From the NCBI GenBank assembly GCA_965203315.1, contig OZ241857.1:640001-704000 (forward strand): a stretch of 64,000 nucleotides of DNA, written 5' to 3'. Shown here piece by piece: positions 53,484 through 63,822 of this stretch. The notes under the pieces were generated by a model that made no database searches, was not told the origin of the DNA, and saw nothing but the letters and a program-made list of their open reading frames with translations. Source of the stretch: Nitrosopumilus sp. (GTDB lineage: Archaea; Thermoproteota; Nitrososphaeria; Nitrososphaerales; Nitrosopumilaceae). The translations under genes and the position numbers were made by a program. Every line of letters starts with the position of its first letter. The stretch's first letter is position 1.

Positions 53484-54689
53484 TGATCTCTTGTACATAC
53501 TCGCATTCTGGATGATCGTCTTCCATTTATTGGGTCCATCGATCAAAATCAACGCTTCTTCAGCTGGTGTCTTACCACCCAGACCCTCATGTTTTTTGGT
53601 ACAGTTGTAGAACGTTCTAAATCCACCGATGAGGGATGTATCGTCTTTCTTGAGACCTCTAAATGCGACTTCACGATCTCGGATTGTACCATTCAATCTT
53701 TCCATCTTATTATTATTATCTCTAGATCGTTTGCCTGTCAAGTGAATGTGTTTGATGTGTCTGGTCTCTTTACCAAATACTCGTTTACTAGATTTCTCAT
53801 ATGCTGGAAGTCCATCAGTTATGAAATTGGTTGGTCGTTTACCAGTCTGTTCCAGAGTTTGAAGTAGAAACTGATCGGTATTGTGCATGTATTTTGAATC
53901 TGCCAGTTCGTGAGTAATCCAGTATCGTGTGTCGTCATCCATGGAACTGTACAGGTATCGTTGTTGTCCAGATATCTTGAGATACAACTCGTCAGCTCGA
54001 TACCACTTACCAACTCGCGGTATGATGCTGTCTATGTATGTACATGATTCATCAGAGTATTGATCTAGCCAGTTGTAAATGGTCATGTGACTGATCTTGA
54101 TTCCCTTCATTTCAAAATGGTTTGCAATATCACGAACAGAGTTACCTTGATTGTACAGTTGCATTGTGTCGGTTATTATTTCACTATCGAACTGTTTTCG
54201 TTCAAATCCATGATTAGGGGTGAATCGACTCTTGCAATCTTTGCACCAAAACAGTTGTACTTTACCTCTCTTTGTATTTCGGAATCCCTTTTTGATTACT
54301 CTGCCCGAATCACATTTCTTGCAGAGATGTAGTTTTGCTCTATCCATTATTTGGACTATATTATTTTGCCAACACTTGTTCTTTTTGATTATGTGCAGAA
54401 CGACCTTGATGTGTTTGCAGTCTGCCTTGCGGTATCGGTGATCGGGGCACTCACATACTAGACCGCGATCAGTTCTTGATACGTTGTATCTTGTTTCTGG
54501 ATTAGTCTGGGATCTGACGCTAAACGTGTCTCTGTCGATCTGGGAACAATGTCCACTCGTACTCATGATCTCGATTGATTTTTGAGTTCTTGCGTTCATT
54601 GCGTGAACGAAGCGTCGTTTTTCAATATAAAGAGTTGGGAGATACTGTTGTTTGTGTGGTGAGTATAATACAGGTGAGTGTTGAACCAT
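53478..54689 (-). CDS. IS6-family DDE transposase with N-terminal SWIM and Zn-ribbon domains
   Basis: CECPD..CKH, CKKC..CKDC, WYRADE, ITDG, MERLNG; likely start at ATG 54599. Confidence 0.9.
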   Translation of the reverse strand: MVQHSPVLYSPHKQQYLPTLYIEKRRFVHAMNARTQKSIEIMSTSGHCSQIDRDTFSVRSQTNPETRYNVSRTDRGLVCECPDHRYRKADCKHIKVVLHIIKKNKCWQNNIVQIMDRAKLHLCKKCDSGRVIKKGFRNTKRGKVQLFWCKDCKSRFTPNHGFERKQFDSEIITDTMQLYNQGNSVRDIANHFEMKGIKISHMTIYNWLDQYSDESCTYIDSIIPRVGKWYRADELYLKISGQQRYLYSSMDDDTRYWITHELADSKYMHNTDQFLLQTLEQTGKRPTNFITDGLPAYEKSSKRVFGKETRHIKHIHLTGKRSRDNNNKMERLNGTIRDREVAFRGLKKDDTSLIGGFRTFYNCTKKHEGLGGKTPAEEALILIDGPNKWKTIIQNASMYKRSL

Positions 54690-54742
54690 TAAATCTATTA
54701 AATTTATAATATAAAATCTTTAGGTCGATTCATTATTTTATT

Positions 54743-57046
54743 TCAATCTGAAGACACAACAGAGTTATTTATTTCATCAATAAGTTCATTTATTTCTTCC
54801 TTGAATATGATCTTAGTTTTATAGTTTTCACCTGCAAGTGTAGATAAAATATCTAACATTTTTTGTTTATACACGGTCTTCTCATTACCCTTTAGGTGTT
54901 CACCCTTGTACTCTATAATATAGTAATGATCATTATTTGTTTTTATTATAAAATCTGGATAAATTAAATTTGGCTTCCAACCCATGACGTAAAATGCATT
55001 TTCGTTTTTAACAGGATTTCTATACCACCACTTTACTGTATCCAAACTGTCAATTTTTGTAGCAAAATCCTCTTCTTCCTTATTCATTCTTTCGAGATTG
55101 TTAAATAGATGTTTTGTAAATGTATTCTCTTGTGGATTTGTTAATGGCATATCATTTGATAACGATCTATACATACATACTAAATTACCTTTCTCTAAAT
55201 GTTGCATAAACTTCTTTTTGGACTCATCTTGCTCATACATGTTTATGCTGTTGTTTATTTTTTCAATAACAATTCTGATGTTTTTAGACAATTCTTTTAT
55301 TTTTTCTTTTTCAGATTTAGTTATATCGTTTTGAATATATCTATCTACTATATCATTTATATATTTTGTCATGTCTTTAGAACTATATCGCGCTCTCCTT
55401 ACCTCTCTTCTAAGTTTAGTCATAAGTTTATCTTTTGTGTAAGAATCAGAATCATCAGGAAATAGAGTTTTTTGTACAGTGGATTTTATTCCTGATTCTG
55501 TTACATCAATTTCTCGAACTTCAGATATACTTGTCAATTGCCCAATATTGATTATATCTGGGTTCGGTAGCATATCTGGCAATAAATCTTCATATTCTAA
55601 CATATGTTTAATTGGTTCAGTGATTGTAATACAAGGTAATTTAATATCATTATCATCAATAACTTGTCTAGTTTGTGTTACATCTTTCTTCTTTTTTGAA
55701 GGTATCATATCTTTTTTATCATATCCATTTCTTTCTAATTCTGATTCTAATTCTTTTACTATTTGATCCATATTAATCGATGATGTAAACACATAAGCAC
55801 AATTCAGTGCATCAATGGGTTTTCTCTTTTGTTTTGGCATTCGTAATATTCTTCCTATTATTTGTTCACCTGCTGTTCTTGACTTTGTGTTCATTATAGA
55901 TACTAGGACATATGCGAATGGATTATCCCAACCTTCTGCTAACGCTCTTACAGTTATGATGTATCTAATTGGACTACTTTTTGAGTTCAGATTCTTCCCT
56001 TTTAGATCATCGTCTTTACTCGTCTTAATGGCTATCTGTTCTTCAGGAATTTTATGGTTTTTCAGTAAATAATTTTTAACCTGGTTGGTATCAATTACTT
56101 TTTCTGATTCTTTATTTTGTTCTGCTTGAAATAGTATGATTGGACGTATGTATTCTCCAGTAATTTTTTTCAATTTATTACACTCTCTTTCTAGAAAATG
56201 TCTCTTTTGAATACCAAGATCAATTACTCTTTCCCAATCAGGTTCGTTAGTGTGGATGATGGGAAGTTTTACCATCCCTTCATTTTTTAGTTCTACAGCA
56301 TTTACATTCACTAGTACATTGGATTCTTTACCCAATTCATTTCTTGGAGTAGCTGTAAACTCTATTACAAAACTTGGATTAAAGTTTTGAATCATCTCGT
56401 ATGATAGATGTGTTTTTGTGTGATGTGATTCATCTAAAATAACTATTGGATGATATAATTTTATTACTTCATGCAAAGATGGTGTAACAGTAGAGGTTAA
56501 TCCTTGAAAATGATCCATTAATGAACCATTTTCTTTAAAGACATTCTTTTTAGACATCTTTTTTGGAGTATCTTCTGTCCTAAATACAGCAAATGTCGCC
56601 ACTATGATACATAAATTATTCTTAATATCAGATCTTTTAATCGATAGTGCTTCTTCTATACTAAATACTTTGATGTCACTAAAAGATTCGTTTAACGTAG
56701 CATAATAAATATCTCCAAAATTACATAATTTTTTAATTGTTTGATATAATATGGCATCGGTGGGAACTAACCACAAAACTAAACCAACATCATCTATACG
56801 ACTAAGATATTCTCTATGAATGGTTTTGATGGATTCACATGCTACTAGTGTTTTACCGCCTCCTGTTGGTATCTTTATACATATGGAAGGGGCGTCTATG
56901 TTGTGGTTGTTATATTTTGTTTTTGTTACTACATAAAACGCAGTATCTTTAGGATCTCCATCTTTATCCAAACTATGTATTTTGGTAATATAATTAACCA
57001 AGTCTTCAATAGATTTGGATTGATATTTTTTAAGAATGTTCGTCAT
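54743..57046 (-). CDS. Type III R-M restriction subunit (Res)
   Basis: IPTGGGKT, DESHH, TAT, EGWD, QIIGRILR, YPDF..IEYKG. Confidence 0.9.
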   Translation of the reverse strand: MTNILKKYQSKSIEDLVNYITKIHSLDKDGDPKDTAFYVVTKTKYNNHNIDAPSICIKIPTGGGKTLVACESIKTIHREYLSRIDDVGLVLWLVPTDAILYQTIKKLCNFGDIYYATLNESFSDIKVFSIEEALSIKRSDIKNNLCIIVATFAVFRTEDTPKKMSKKNVFKENGSLMDHFQGLTSTVTPSLHEVIKLYHPIVILDESHHTKTHLSYEMIQNFNPSFVIEFTATPRNELGKESNVLVNVNAVELKNEGMVKLPIIHTNEPDWERVIDLGIQKRHFLERECNKLKKITGEYIRPIILFQAEQNKESEKVIDTNQVKNYLLKNHKIPEEQIAIKTSKDDDLKGKNLNSKSSPIRYIITVRALAEGWDNPFAYVLVSIMNTKSRTAGEQIIGRILRMPKQKRKPIDALNCAYVFTSSINMDQIVKELESELERNGYDKKDMIPSKKKKDVTQTRQVIDDNDIKLPCITITEPIKHMLEYEDLLPDMLPNPDIINIGQLTSISEVREIDVTESGIKSTVQKTLFPDDSDSYTKDKLMTKLRREVRRARYSSKDMTKYINDIVDRYIQNDITKSEKEKIKELSKNIRIVIEKINNSINMYEQDESKKKFMQHLEKGNLVCMYRSLSNDMPLTNPQENTFTKHLFNNLERMNKEEEDFATKIDSLDTVKWWYRNPVKNENAFYVMGWKPNLIYPDFIIKTNNDHYYIIEYKGEHLKGNEKTVYKQKMLDILSTLAGENYKTKIIFKEEINELIDEINNSVVSSD

Positions 57047-58609
57047 ATTTTCACCTCATATGGTATTTGTTTGAAGATGCAACGCCATCGTTCTAGTTTT
57101 TTGTGTGATATACTACACAAATCTGAATAGACTATTTTCTGTACATTTTTGTCCATCTCTTTTAGATGTTTGAAAGTAAAGATATTCTTAGATTTGGGTT
57201 TGTATATTAGATGAATTTGAACTCCATCATTTGTTGTACCCAACAGAGTACCCTTTATCCGATGTATTGTCTTATTGGTCTCTGTCAAGTAAATGTGGTG
57301 TGCTAGATTAGTAAAAGTACATTTTGTTATATTGCCATCACAGTCAAAGAGTTCATTACCCAGCGTGTAAAAGTCAAATCCAAATTGATCATTGTCTTGG
57401 GGGGGGGGCGGTCTCAGCTTTTAGTTTTTTTGTCACGATATCTAATCTTTTGTGAGTAACTGATCTTACGACATTTGGATCCATCTCTATTAAAATGAAT
57501 TTTCTACTACCTTTATCTTTTTTGTTTAATTCCATTACAGTTTGTGCTGTAGTACCAGACCCTACAAAAGAGTCTAGAATGATGTCGTTATGTGATGTAG
57601 AAGCAAGTACCAAATCATGTATCAATTTAACTGGTTTTACTGTATAAAATGGTACATCTCTACCTTCTTTGATATTGAATAATTTTTTAATTTCACTTTT
57701 TGCATCATTATTAGACGTATTATCGATTATACTGTCAAATTTAATCTTTCCGTCATTATCAAATTCATAATATTTTTTATACACTTGATACTCTCCATTT
57801 TGTTTCTTTTTGAATAATATCCTCTTATCTTTTAGTAATTCTTTAAATTTTGGTTTTGCAACTAACCATTGAGTTTTAATTTCCTTCCCATCTGGAAGTT
57901 TAATTGGATAAACAAGGGTCGGTCTACTTTCTAAATTTGATTTTAATGGTCTAATGTAATACCTACCTCTACTGTTAATGAATTCGTCATCATAAACAAA
58001 TTTAGATTTGTCTTTTTCAGGGCGTGGTATCAAAAATTCGGTTACTTTAGATTTATTTTTTCCAAATACCAATATATATTCATGTAGATCAACAAAATGG
58101 TTTGAATGTTTACCTCCAGTATATTTTTTCTTCCAAACTAATTCTGCAATAAAGTTCCTTGCTCCAAATATCTCGTCACATAGTATCTTGAGATGTGCTT
58201 GTTCGTTGTCATCTATTGAGATGAATATCACACCATCATCTGACATCAACTCTCGTAATAGAGATAGTCTAGGATACATCATGCAGAGCCACTTGTCATG
58301 CATGGATAGATCTTCGTCTGGTTTGCCAACCACCTTGTCAATCCATCTTTGGATGGTGGGTGAGTTTACCTTGTCGTTGTATATCCATGATTCATTGCCT
58401 GTGTTGTATGGTGGATCTATGTACACGCATTTGATCTTGTTCTTATAGTACGGTAAGAGACTCTTGAGTGCTAGTAAATTATCACCCTGTATCAACATGT
58501 TTTTGGTATTCCCAATGGATAGTTTCTCATCTTTTTCTAGTAGGTGATAGGGGATCGTCTTATGATGGTCTTTAACAGCTGACTTGCCGATCCAATCTAG
58601 TGTGGGCAT
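57043..58609 (-). CDS. Type III Mod B, split by a frameshift at a C10 tract (ORFs 57389..58609 and 57043..57288)
   Basis: DPPY, LDSFVGSGTT; C9 gives ..APPQDNDQFGFDFYTLGNELFD..HIYLTETNK.. in frame with 57043..57288, which overlaps the res start. Confidence 0.85.
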
Positions 58610-58687
58610 TATTATGATAACTAGAATACTATCTATCTTTAATGGTTTTTATATCAAAATGTCAGGTCTCGAAGATTATACAGAACC

Positions 58688-58938
58688 CTATTATAATCAA
58701 TGCTTCTTCAGATAGAGTCTTGCCGACCAACGCTTCATGTTTCTTTGTACAATTGTAGAGTGTTCTGAATACACCTATCAAACTGGTATCATCTTTCTTG
58801 AGACTCCTAAATGCGACTTTACGATCTCGAATTGTACCGTTCAATCGTTCCATTTTGTTATTGTTGTCTCTTAACTTCTTACCAGTTAGATGGATATGTT
58901 TGATGTGTCGAGTCTCTTTGCCGAATACACGTTTACTA
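58688..58938 (-). pseudogene. Upstream part of the disrupted older IS6 transposase
   Basis: MERLNGTIRDR..EEALIII; truncated by MITE A. Confidence 0.85.
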
Positions 58939-59077
58939 GACTGTATGCGTATTTCTTACATCATATGCACGTTTTAAGGTACAATAAAACACAAGTGTGA
59001 TTTCTAGAGGCAAATTGATTCATTGTTATCGTGTTTGATGATTGGATGTGGGCACTCTTAATAATACGCATACCGTC
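58939..59077. mobile_element. MITE family A copy 6
   Basis: TIRs, TA flanks. Confidence 0.9.
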
Positions 59078-59465
59078 TAGTATGAGATTAAAGACTTTTA
59101 GCTATGATCAGAGTACGAGAATTGATGTTTATTTTCAGTGTATTGTTTTACAACGCATGGATTCTAGCACGAAACATACAATGTGAAGACGATCTCTTTG
59201 ATTATTGCAATCAAATTACCGCACTTGTTTTTCTAGAAATGACATACGAATACACCAAATCGTTTATCGACCCAGATATCGAACCAGAGCCACCACCGAA
59301 ATCTGCTGTGGCGTGTTGGATAGACAATTGGGTAAACTGAACAATATCAACGATGATTTTTCTAGGAGTGTATTACATTGAGTGATTTGATGTTTATTGT
59401 ACAGGTGTAATTGCATAGTTGATAGATCAACAAGAATCAGATGGATTATGGAGGGACTATTCCAG

Positions 59466-60671
59466 CTAGATCTTTATCGAATCTTGCTTGTACTCTTTGA
59501 TGGTGTAACTCCTGTCTCGCCATGTTACAGACGAGTCACTCTTTGCATGTAATAGACCACTCAAGAATCCACACACTACAAACAGACCGCCAACAGGTGC
59601 AAAGATCGAATAGATAGTCTTTATTCTCAATGCGATCTTTGTCTCTATTACTGCTCCCAGATATATCAGTACAGCGGCAACGCTAGACGATAGAGTGAGA
59701 ATCGAGTGGGATACACTAGCGTCAACATCTAGTACCAGTTGTGTTAACGAGTGTGTTGCTACCAGAAACGGCGCAAACAGTAGAAATGCAACAGCGAAGA
59801 ATATACCTACAGCAACTTTGCTACTTTGTATGTATAGTGGAATCATCAATCGTTTCAGTCCTTCCCAGAGTGTTTTACGATCTCTTGCCCAAGCTGCATC
59901 GATCAAATGCTCACCACGTATCATCTTCATACTATAGCCTGCAGTTTTGACCTTTTTTCCTAATGCTCCATCTTCAATGATCTCTTGCTTAACGCCTTCG
60001 TGTCTGCCCACGCCATCATATGTGTCACGTTTTAGAATAAAGAAACTGCCAAAGAAATACCCCGTAGCCTTTTTCGGATTGTTTACATTTAGTGCAGAAA
60101 ACCGTGTGTGTAAAAAGGTAGAGATCATTGGCAATGTGACCCGGGTCCAAAAGTCAAATGTTAAAATTCTAGGCATTGCCGATAACGCATCTAGTTTGTG
60201 AGATATCATGTATGCTACTGCAAGTGATATTAAATTTGACGCGTGGTGAGTATCTGCATCGGTAAACAACAACAGTTGACCTGTTGCTTTAGCATATCCT
60301 TCCATACATGCCCAATTCTTCCCCATCCATCCATCTGGCTTTGGTCCTGCAGACACTGGCACTATTTTTGGATTACAGCTATGTGTTGCAATTATCTGCG
60401 ACGTTTTGTCAGTAGACGAATCATCCACAACTATTATCTCATAGTTTGTATAATCTTGTGCTTCTAACGAGTCTAAACAATCACTCAGAAACTCTTCTTC
60501 ATTTCTTGCAGGTAGAATTACTGATACTTTGGGAGGATCATCCAAGTCAACAGTCTTGTTCAAGTAGGGAGTCTTTGTGAAAGTAGCAATCATGGATCGA
60601 AGTAATATGATCCATGCCGCACAAACTCCAAACATCGCCCCAGATAAGATATAGTTGATGACATCTATCAA
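59466..60671 (-). CDS. Family 2 glycosyltransferase, membrane-bound
   Basis: PARNEE, VVDD, GK, FTDAD, ED. Confidence 0.9.
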   Translation of the reverse strand: MIDVINYILSGAMFGVCAAWIILLRSMIATFTKTPYLNKTVDLDDPPKVSVILPARNEEEFLSDCLDSLEAQDYTNYEIIVVDDSSTDKTSQIIATHSCNPKIVPVSAGPKPDGWMGKNWACMEGYAKATGQLLLFTDADTHHASNLISLAVAYMISHKLDALSAMPRILTFDFWTRVTLPMISTFLHTRFSALNVNNPKKATGYFFGSFFILKRDTYDGVGRHEGVKQEIIEDGALGKKVKTAGYSMKMIRGEHLIDAAWARDRKTLWEGLKRLMIPLYIQSSKVAVGIFFAVAFLLFAPFLVATHSLTQLVLDVDASVSHSILTLSSSVAAVLIYLGAVIETKIALRIKTIYSIFAPVGGLFVVCGFLSGLLHAKSDSSVTWRDRSYTIKEYKQDSIKI

Positions 60672-60672
60672 T

Positions 60673-61098
60673 TTACAACTCGGCCTGCTTTTTTATGCTT
60701 TGTAATGCTTGTTCAGTTCCACTCTGAATATGTTTCTTTAACATTCCACTAAACATGCCCATCATTCCAGTGAGTTTGATATCCCACGTTGCTGTCAAGA
60801 TTGATCCTTGATCGTGAGATCGCAGTGATATAATCTTTTGACCATCTAGTATCCCTTTTGTAAACTCTGCAGATATGGTTGATTTTGGCGTAATGACTAC
60901 TTTTTGAATGCACTTTTGATCACGAAACGCAATAGTTACCTCTCGGATGATCTCGTTACCTTTTCTGCTGATGTTTCGTACTTTTTTTGTCCCCTTCCAG
61001 AATATTGGCTCACTGTCAATATCTGATATGATCTCCCAAACTTTGTCACTTGCTGCATTGATCTCAACATCAACCTCTATTCTAGCCACATGCTCCAT
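60673..61098 (-). CDS. SRPBCC/polyketide-cyclase family protein
   Basis: INAASDKVWEIISD N-terminus and C-terminal helix. Confidence 0.8.
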   Translation of the reverse strand: MEHVARIEVDVEINAASDKVWEIISDIDSEPIFWKGTKKVRNISRKGNEIIREVTIAFRDQKCIQKVVITPKSTISAEFTKGILDGQKIISLRSHDQGSILTATWDIKLTGMMGMFSGMLKKHIQSGTEQALQSIKKQAEL

Positions 61099-61498
61099 AT
61101 CAATTAGATTAAATATATTGTATTGCTAGTCATACTATACTGTGGTGGGCAATATGTCTAAAATCCGGAACCGTAACTCCAGTTCTAATGACAGTTGCCA
61201 TTCTTCCATCACAGTATAGTTACATACTTGGTACACTAGCGATCTATATGGTAAGCAGTATCATGCAAGGTGAGGTAAAGCCAACACGAGAGTCAAGCGA
61301 TCAGATGGCTGTCTGAGAGTAGAATTGCTTTCGAGTTCGTATTTGTGTGTAAAAATTACATACAGCACATGTAGAAGACTAGGCTACGATATCAAATGTT
61401 CAAAAGACATAGTCAATACGGCAAACAACTAGAGAACGCCATCTTGTCGCTGTACAGCACATGACATTAAAAAATTTACCAACCACTGCATTCTGCCA

Positions 61499-61812
61499 GG
61501 TTCTTTTAACTTAACAGGGGGTCTATAGTTTTCATGCAACATTCTCTAAAAATTTTACAAGTTATAAAAAATGGTTATAACACCAATTGTAGATTATTAG
61601 ACTGTATGCATATTTCTTACACCATACGCACATTTTAAAGTACAATAAAACGTAGGTGTAATTTCTAGAGGCAAATTGATTCATTGTTATCGTGTTTGAT
61701 GATTGGACATGGGCACTCAATAATACGCATACAGTCTATTGTTGTTTTAAGTTGCATATAGTGCGTTTCTTGAAATACCAGCATCATAACCCCCCAATAA
61801 GTTAAAAGAACC
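61499..61812. mobile_element. MITE family D copy 2 with nested MITE A copy 7 (61600-61736)
   Basis: GGTTCTTTTAA ends; TA-flanked insertion absent from the 48902 copy. Confidence 0.85.
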
Positions 61813-61887
61813 TTCCATTGTTACATGCCTCGATCATGTTTTCAAAGTTTTTTCCATGACCTTGATTATGTGATTTTTGTTCGATCA

Positions 61888-62694
61888 TTAATGAGACTTG
61901 TAAATTTCGTCCAATTTGAATGCTATTTCTGCTTTCGATAGGGAACGTGAACCCGCTGTTTGAGACGTGATTTCTGGCCAATCCACCGTTTTTATCAATT
62001 CTATTATACCGTGGGTCATTTCTTGTAAAAAGTAATGACTCGTTTGTGATAGATTTAGAATTCCACTGGTGAATACTCTACCCGAATAGAACCCCACTCG
62101 TCTCATTGCAAACTCGGCTTTTTGAGGAGTCGTATAAGAGATTAGGTGGTCTATGTTTGGAACAGTTAGTAATTTTCTTGGTGTTCGTTTTCGAGTCCAT
62201 ATCTGCCACGCGGATGGCACGTCATAAGGATTACCCATTCGAATAAAAGAGCGATCTGGGATATCCTCATCTTTGACCAAGTGGAAATACTTGTTCAATC
62301 TGGCATGTATGCTCCTCTTTCTAAACGTTCTCGGAACGATGAAAGCGATCTCGTTTGCGTGTTGTGCAGCGTGATTAAAGAATTTGACTGCTAGACTGGC
62401 GTTCTTGCCAAAAGGCGGATTTCCTATTACGACTATATTTTCGTGATTCCCTCTAAACAGTCCATTGGGTTTAAAGAAATCGCCTTGTTTTATACCCGCG
62501 GATTTGGGATAGAGATCCAGACCTCGTACAGTGTGACCATACTGTTTGATCGGGTTTAGAAACGCACCGTCTCCCGCAGAGGGTTCCACATACAACACGT
62601 CCTTGTCTTTCCATCTTTGCAGGACAGTCCTTGTTAGTTTGTATGCCAAAGTATGATTCGTATAGAACTGGTCTACGCGTGGGCCTAGTACCAT
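61888..62694 (-). CDS. Orphan N6-adenine-type DNA methyltransferase
   Basis: EPSAGDGAF followed by GNPPF. Confidence 0.8.
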   Translation of the reverse strand: MVLGPRVDQFYTNHTLAYKLTRTVLQRWKDKDVLYVEPSAGDGAFLNPIKQYGHTVRGLDLYPKSAGIKQGDFFKPNGLFRGNHENIVVIGNPPFGKNASLAVKFFNHAAQHANEIAFIVPRTFRKRSIHARLNKYFHLVKDEDIPDRSFIRMGNPYDVPSAWQIWTRKRTPRKLLTVPNIDHLISYTTPQKAEFAMRRVGFYSGRVFTSGILNLSQTSHYFLQEMTHGIIELIKTVDWPEITSQTAGSRSLSKAEIAFKLDEIYKSH

Positions 62695-62920
62695 ATCTTC
62701 TCTATGTGTATATGTGTATATATAATATAATTTATTTGGTTTGAGATCTAGAGATATTGTACATCGGATTTATTTCTTGTTGAGAATATCTATGTATATG
62801 ACTTTTCTAACTAACTCTTTTTCTATTCTTTGGGTAAAAAATAATCCAATACAAGCATAAAGAGAAACAACAAATTTGTGTTTGTTTGGTACAAAATCAT
62901 CAGGTATTTTACATTTGATA

Positions 62921-63134
62921 TACCAAAGTACAAAAGTATTTTTCAAGTAAATCACATAATAACATGTGTGTAAGTATGAATCAGCCTTACGGAAATCAAA
63001 CGGACTCCATTTGAACTATTTTACCTATAGAAATAACATATACGCTGTCGTCATTACAATATGAATACGTTCATAAAAAAAATACATATACGTTATTTTG
63101 ATCTCGTTTTGGAAAATACTTTTGCACTTGTGTA
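62921..63134. mobile_element. IS630-derived MITE (family B) copy 2, degenerate
   Basis: TACCAAAGTACAAAAGTATT ... GGAAAATACTTTTGCACTT. Confidence 0.75.
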
Positions 63135-63336
63135 TGTGAACACGGCCCATATCTTTATCATGTTTTAATGATGATTCTTCTAAATTAGATCTGTGTTCAA
63201 TTTCAAGGTTTTTTATTTTTTCATAATCTTTTTCTGTTGTCAATTTGAGAATTTATTTGTAATGAGATCTTTTTTATTGATTTGTTCATAATGTTTATAA
63301 TATATTTTTGTCTCATATGGAGAACTTAATTGAATT

Positions 63337-63822
63337 TTGAAATATCCAAAAAAGAAATCATCAACAAATTTTATAACAGATGGATTACCTGCATGTGAGA
63401 AATCAAGCAAAAAAGTATTCGGAAAAGAAACAAGACATATTAAACACATTCATCTCATGGGTAAGCGATCCCGCGATAACAACAACAAGATGGAAAGATT
63501 AAACGGTACGATTGGGGGGGATCGCGAGGTGGCATTTCGTGGTTTAAAGAGTGACAATACCAACTTGATAGGTGGATTTAGAACGTTTTACAACTGTACC
63601 AAAAAACATGAGGGTCGTGGTGGCAAGACTCCGGCTGAAGAAGCACCAATCTTGATCGATGGACCCAACAAATGGAAGACGATCATTCAAAACGCCAGTC
63701 TCTACAAGAACTCGCTATGACCAATCTCTCTTTTTGTTTATGATATTATACATGTGTGTATGATTAAGCGATCTTTGATTTTCATGTCTAAATTCCCCAG
63801 CTCCCGATAACGTAACAGAACC
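63337..63822 (+). pseudogene. IS6-family transposase 3' part and right IR
   Basis: ITDG..MERLNG..KWKTIIQNAS; ACAGAACC ending at 63822. Confidence 0.8.

Larger units (their letters stand above)
51795..58687. mobile_element. IS6-family cargo transposon carrying a Type III R-M system, with 462-bp TIRs
   Basis: IRs 51795-52256 and 58226-58687 start GGTTCTGT; 8-bp TSD CTATTATA; internal IS6-type transposase. Confidence 0.92.

Noticed and set aside
51795-58687. Classical shufflon swapping TRDs by inversion
   Set aside because: The IRs cover everything from the element tip through codon 128, so recombination between them flips the interior without creating new gene fusions. No invertase is present, and the TSD marks the IRs as transposon ends.
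61140-61460. RNase P/SRP-like RNA gene
   Set aside because: No conserved motifs or GC-rich stems recognised; more likely decayed coding DNA
667-63449. Many short antisense ORFs in the track
   Set aside because: They overlap well-supported genes on the opposite strand and show no motifs
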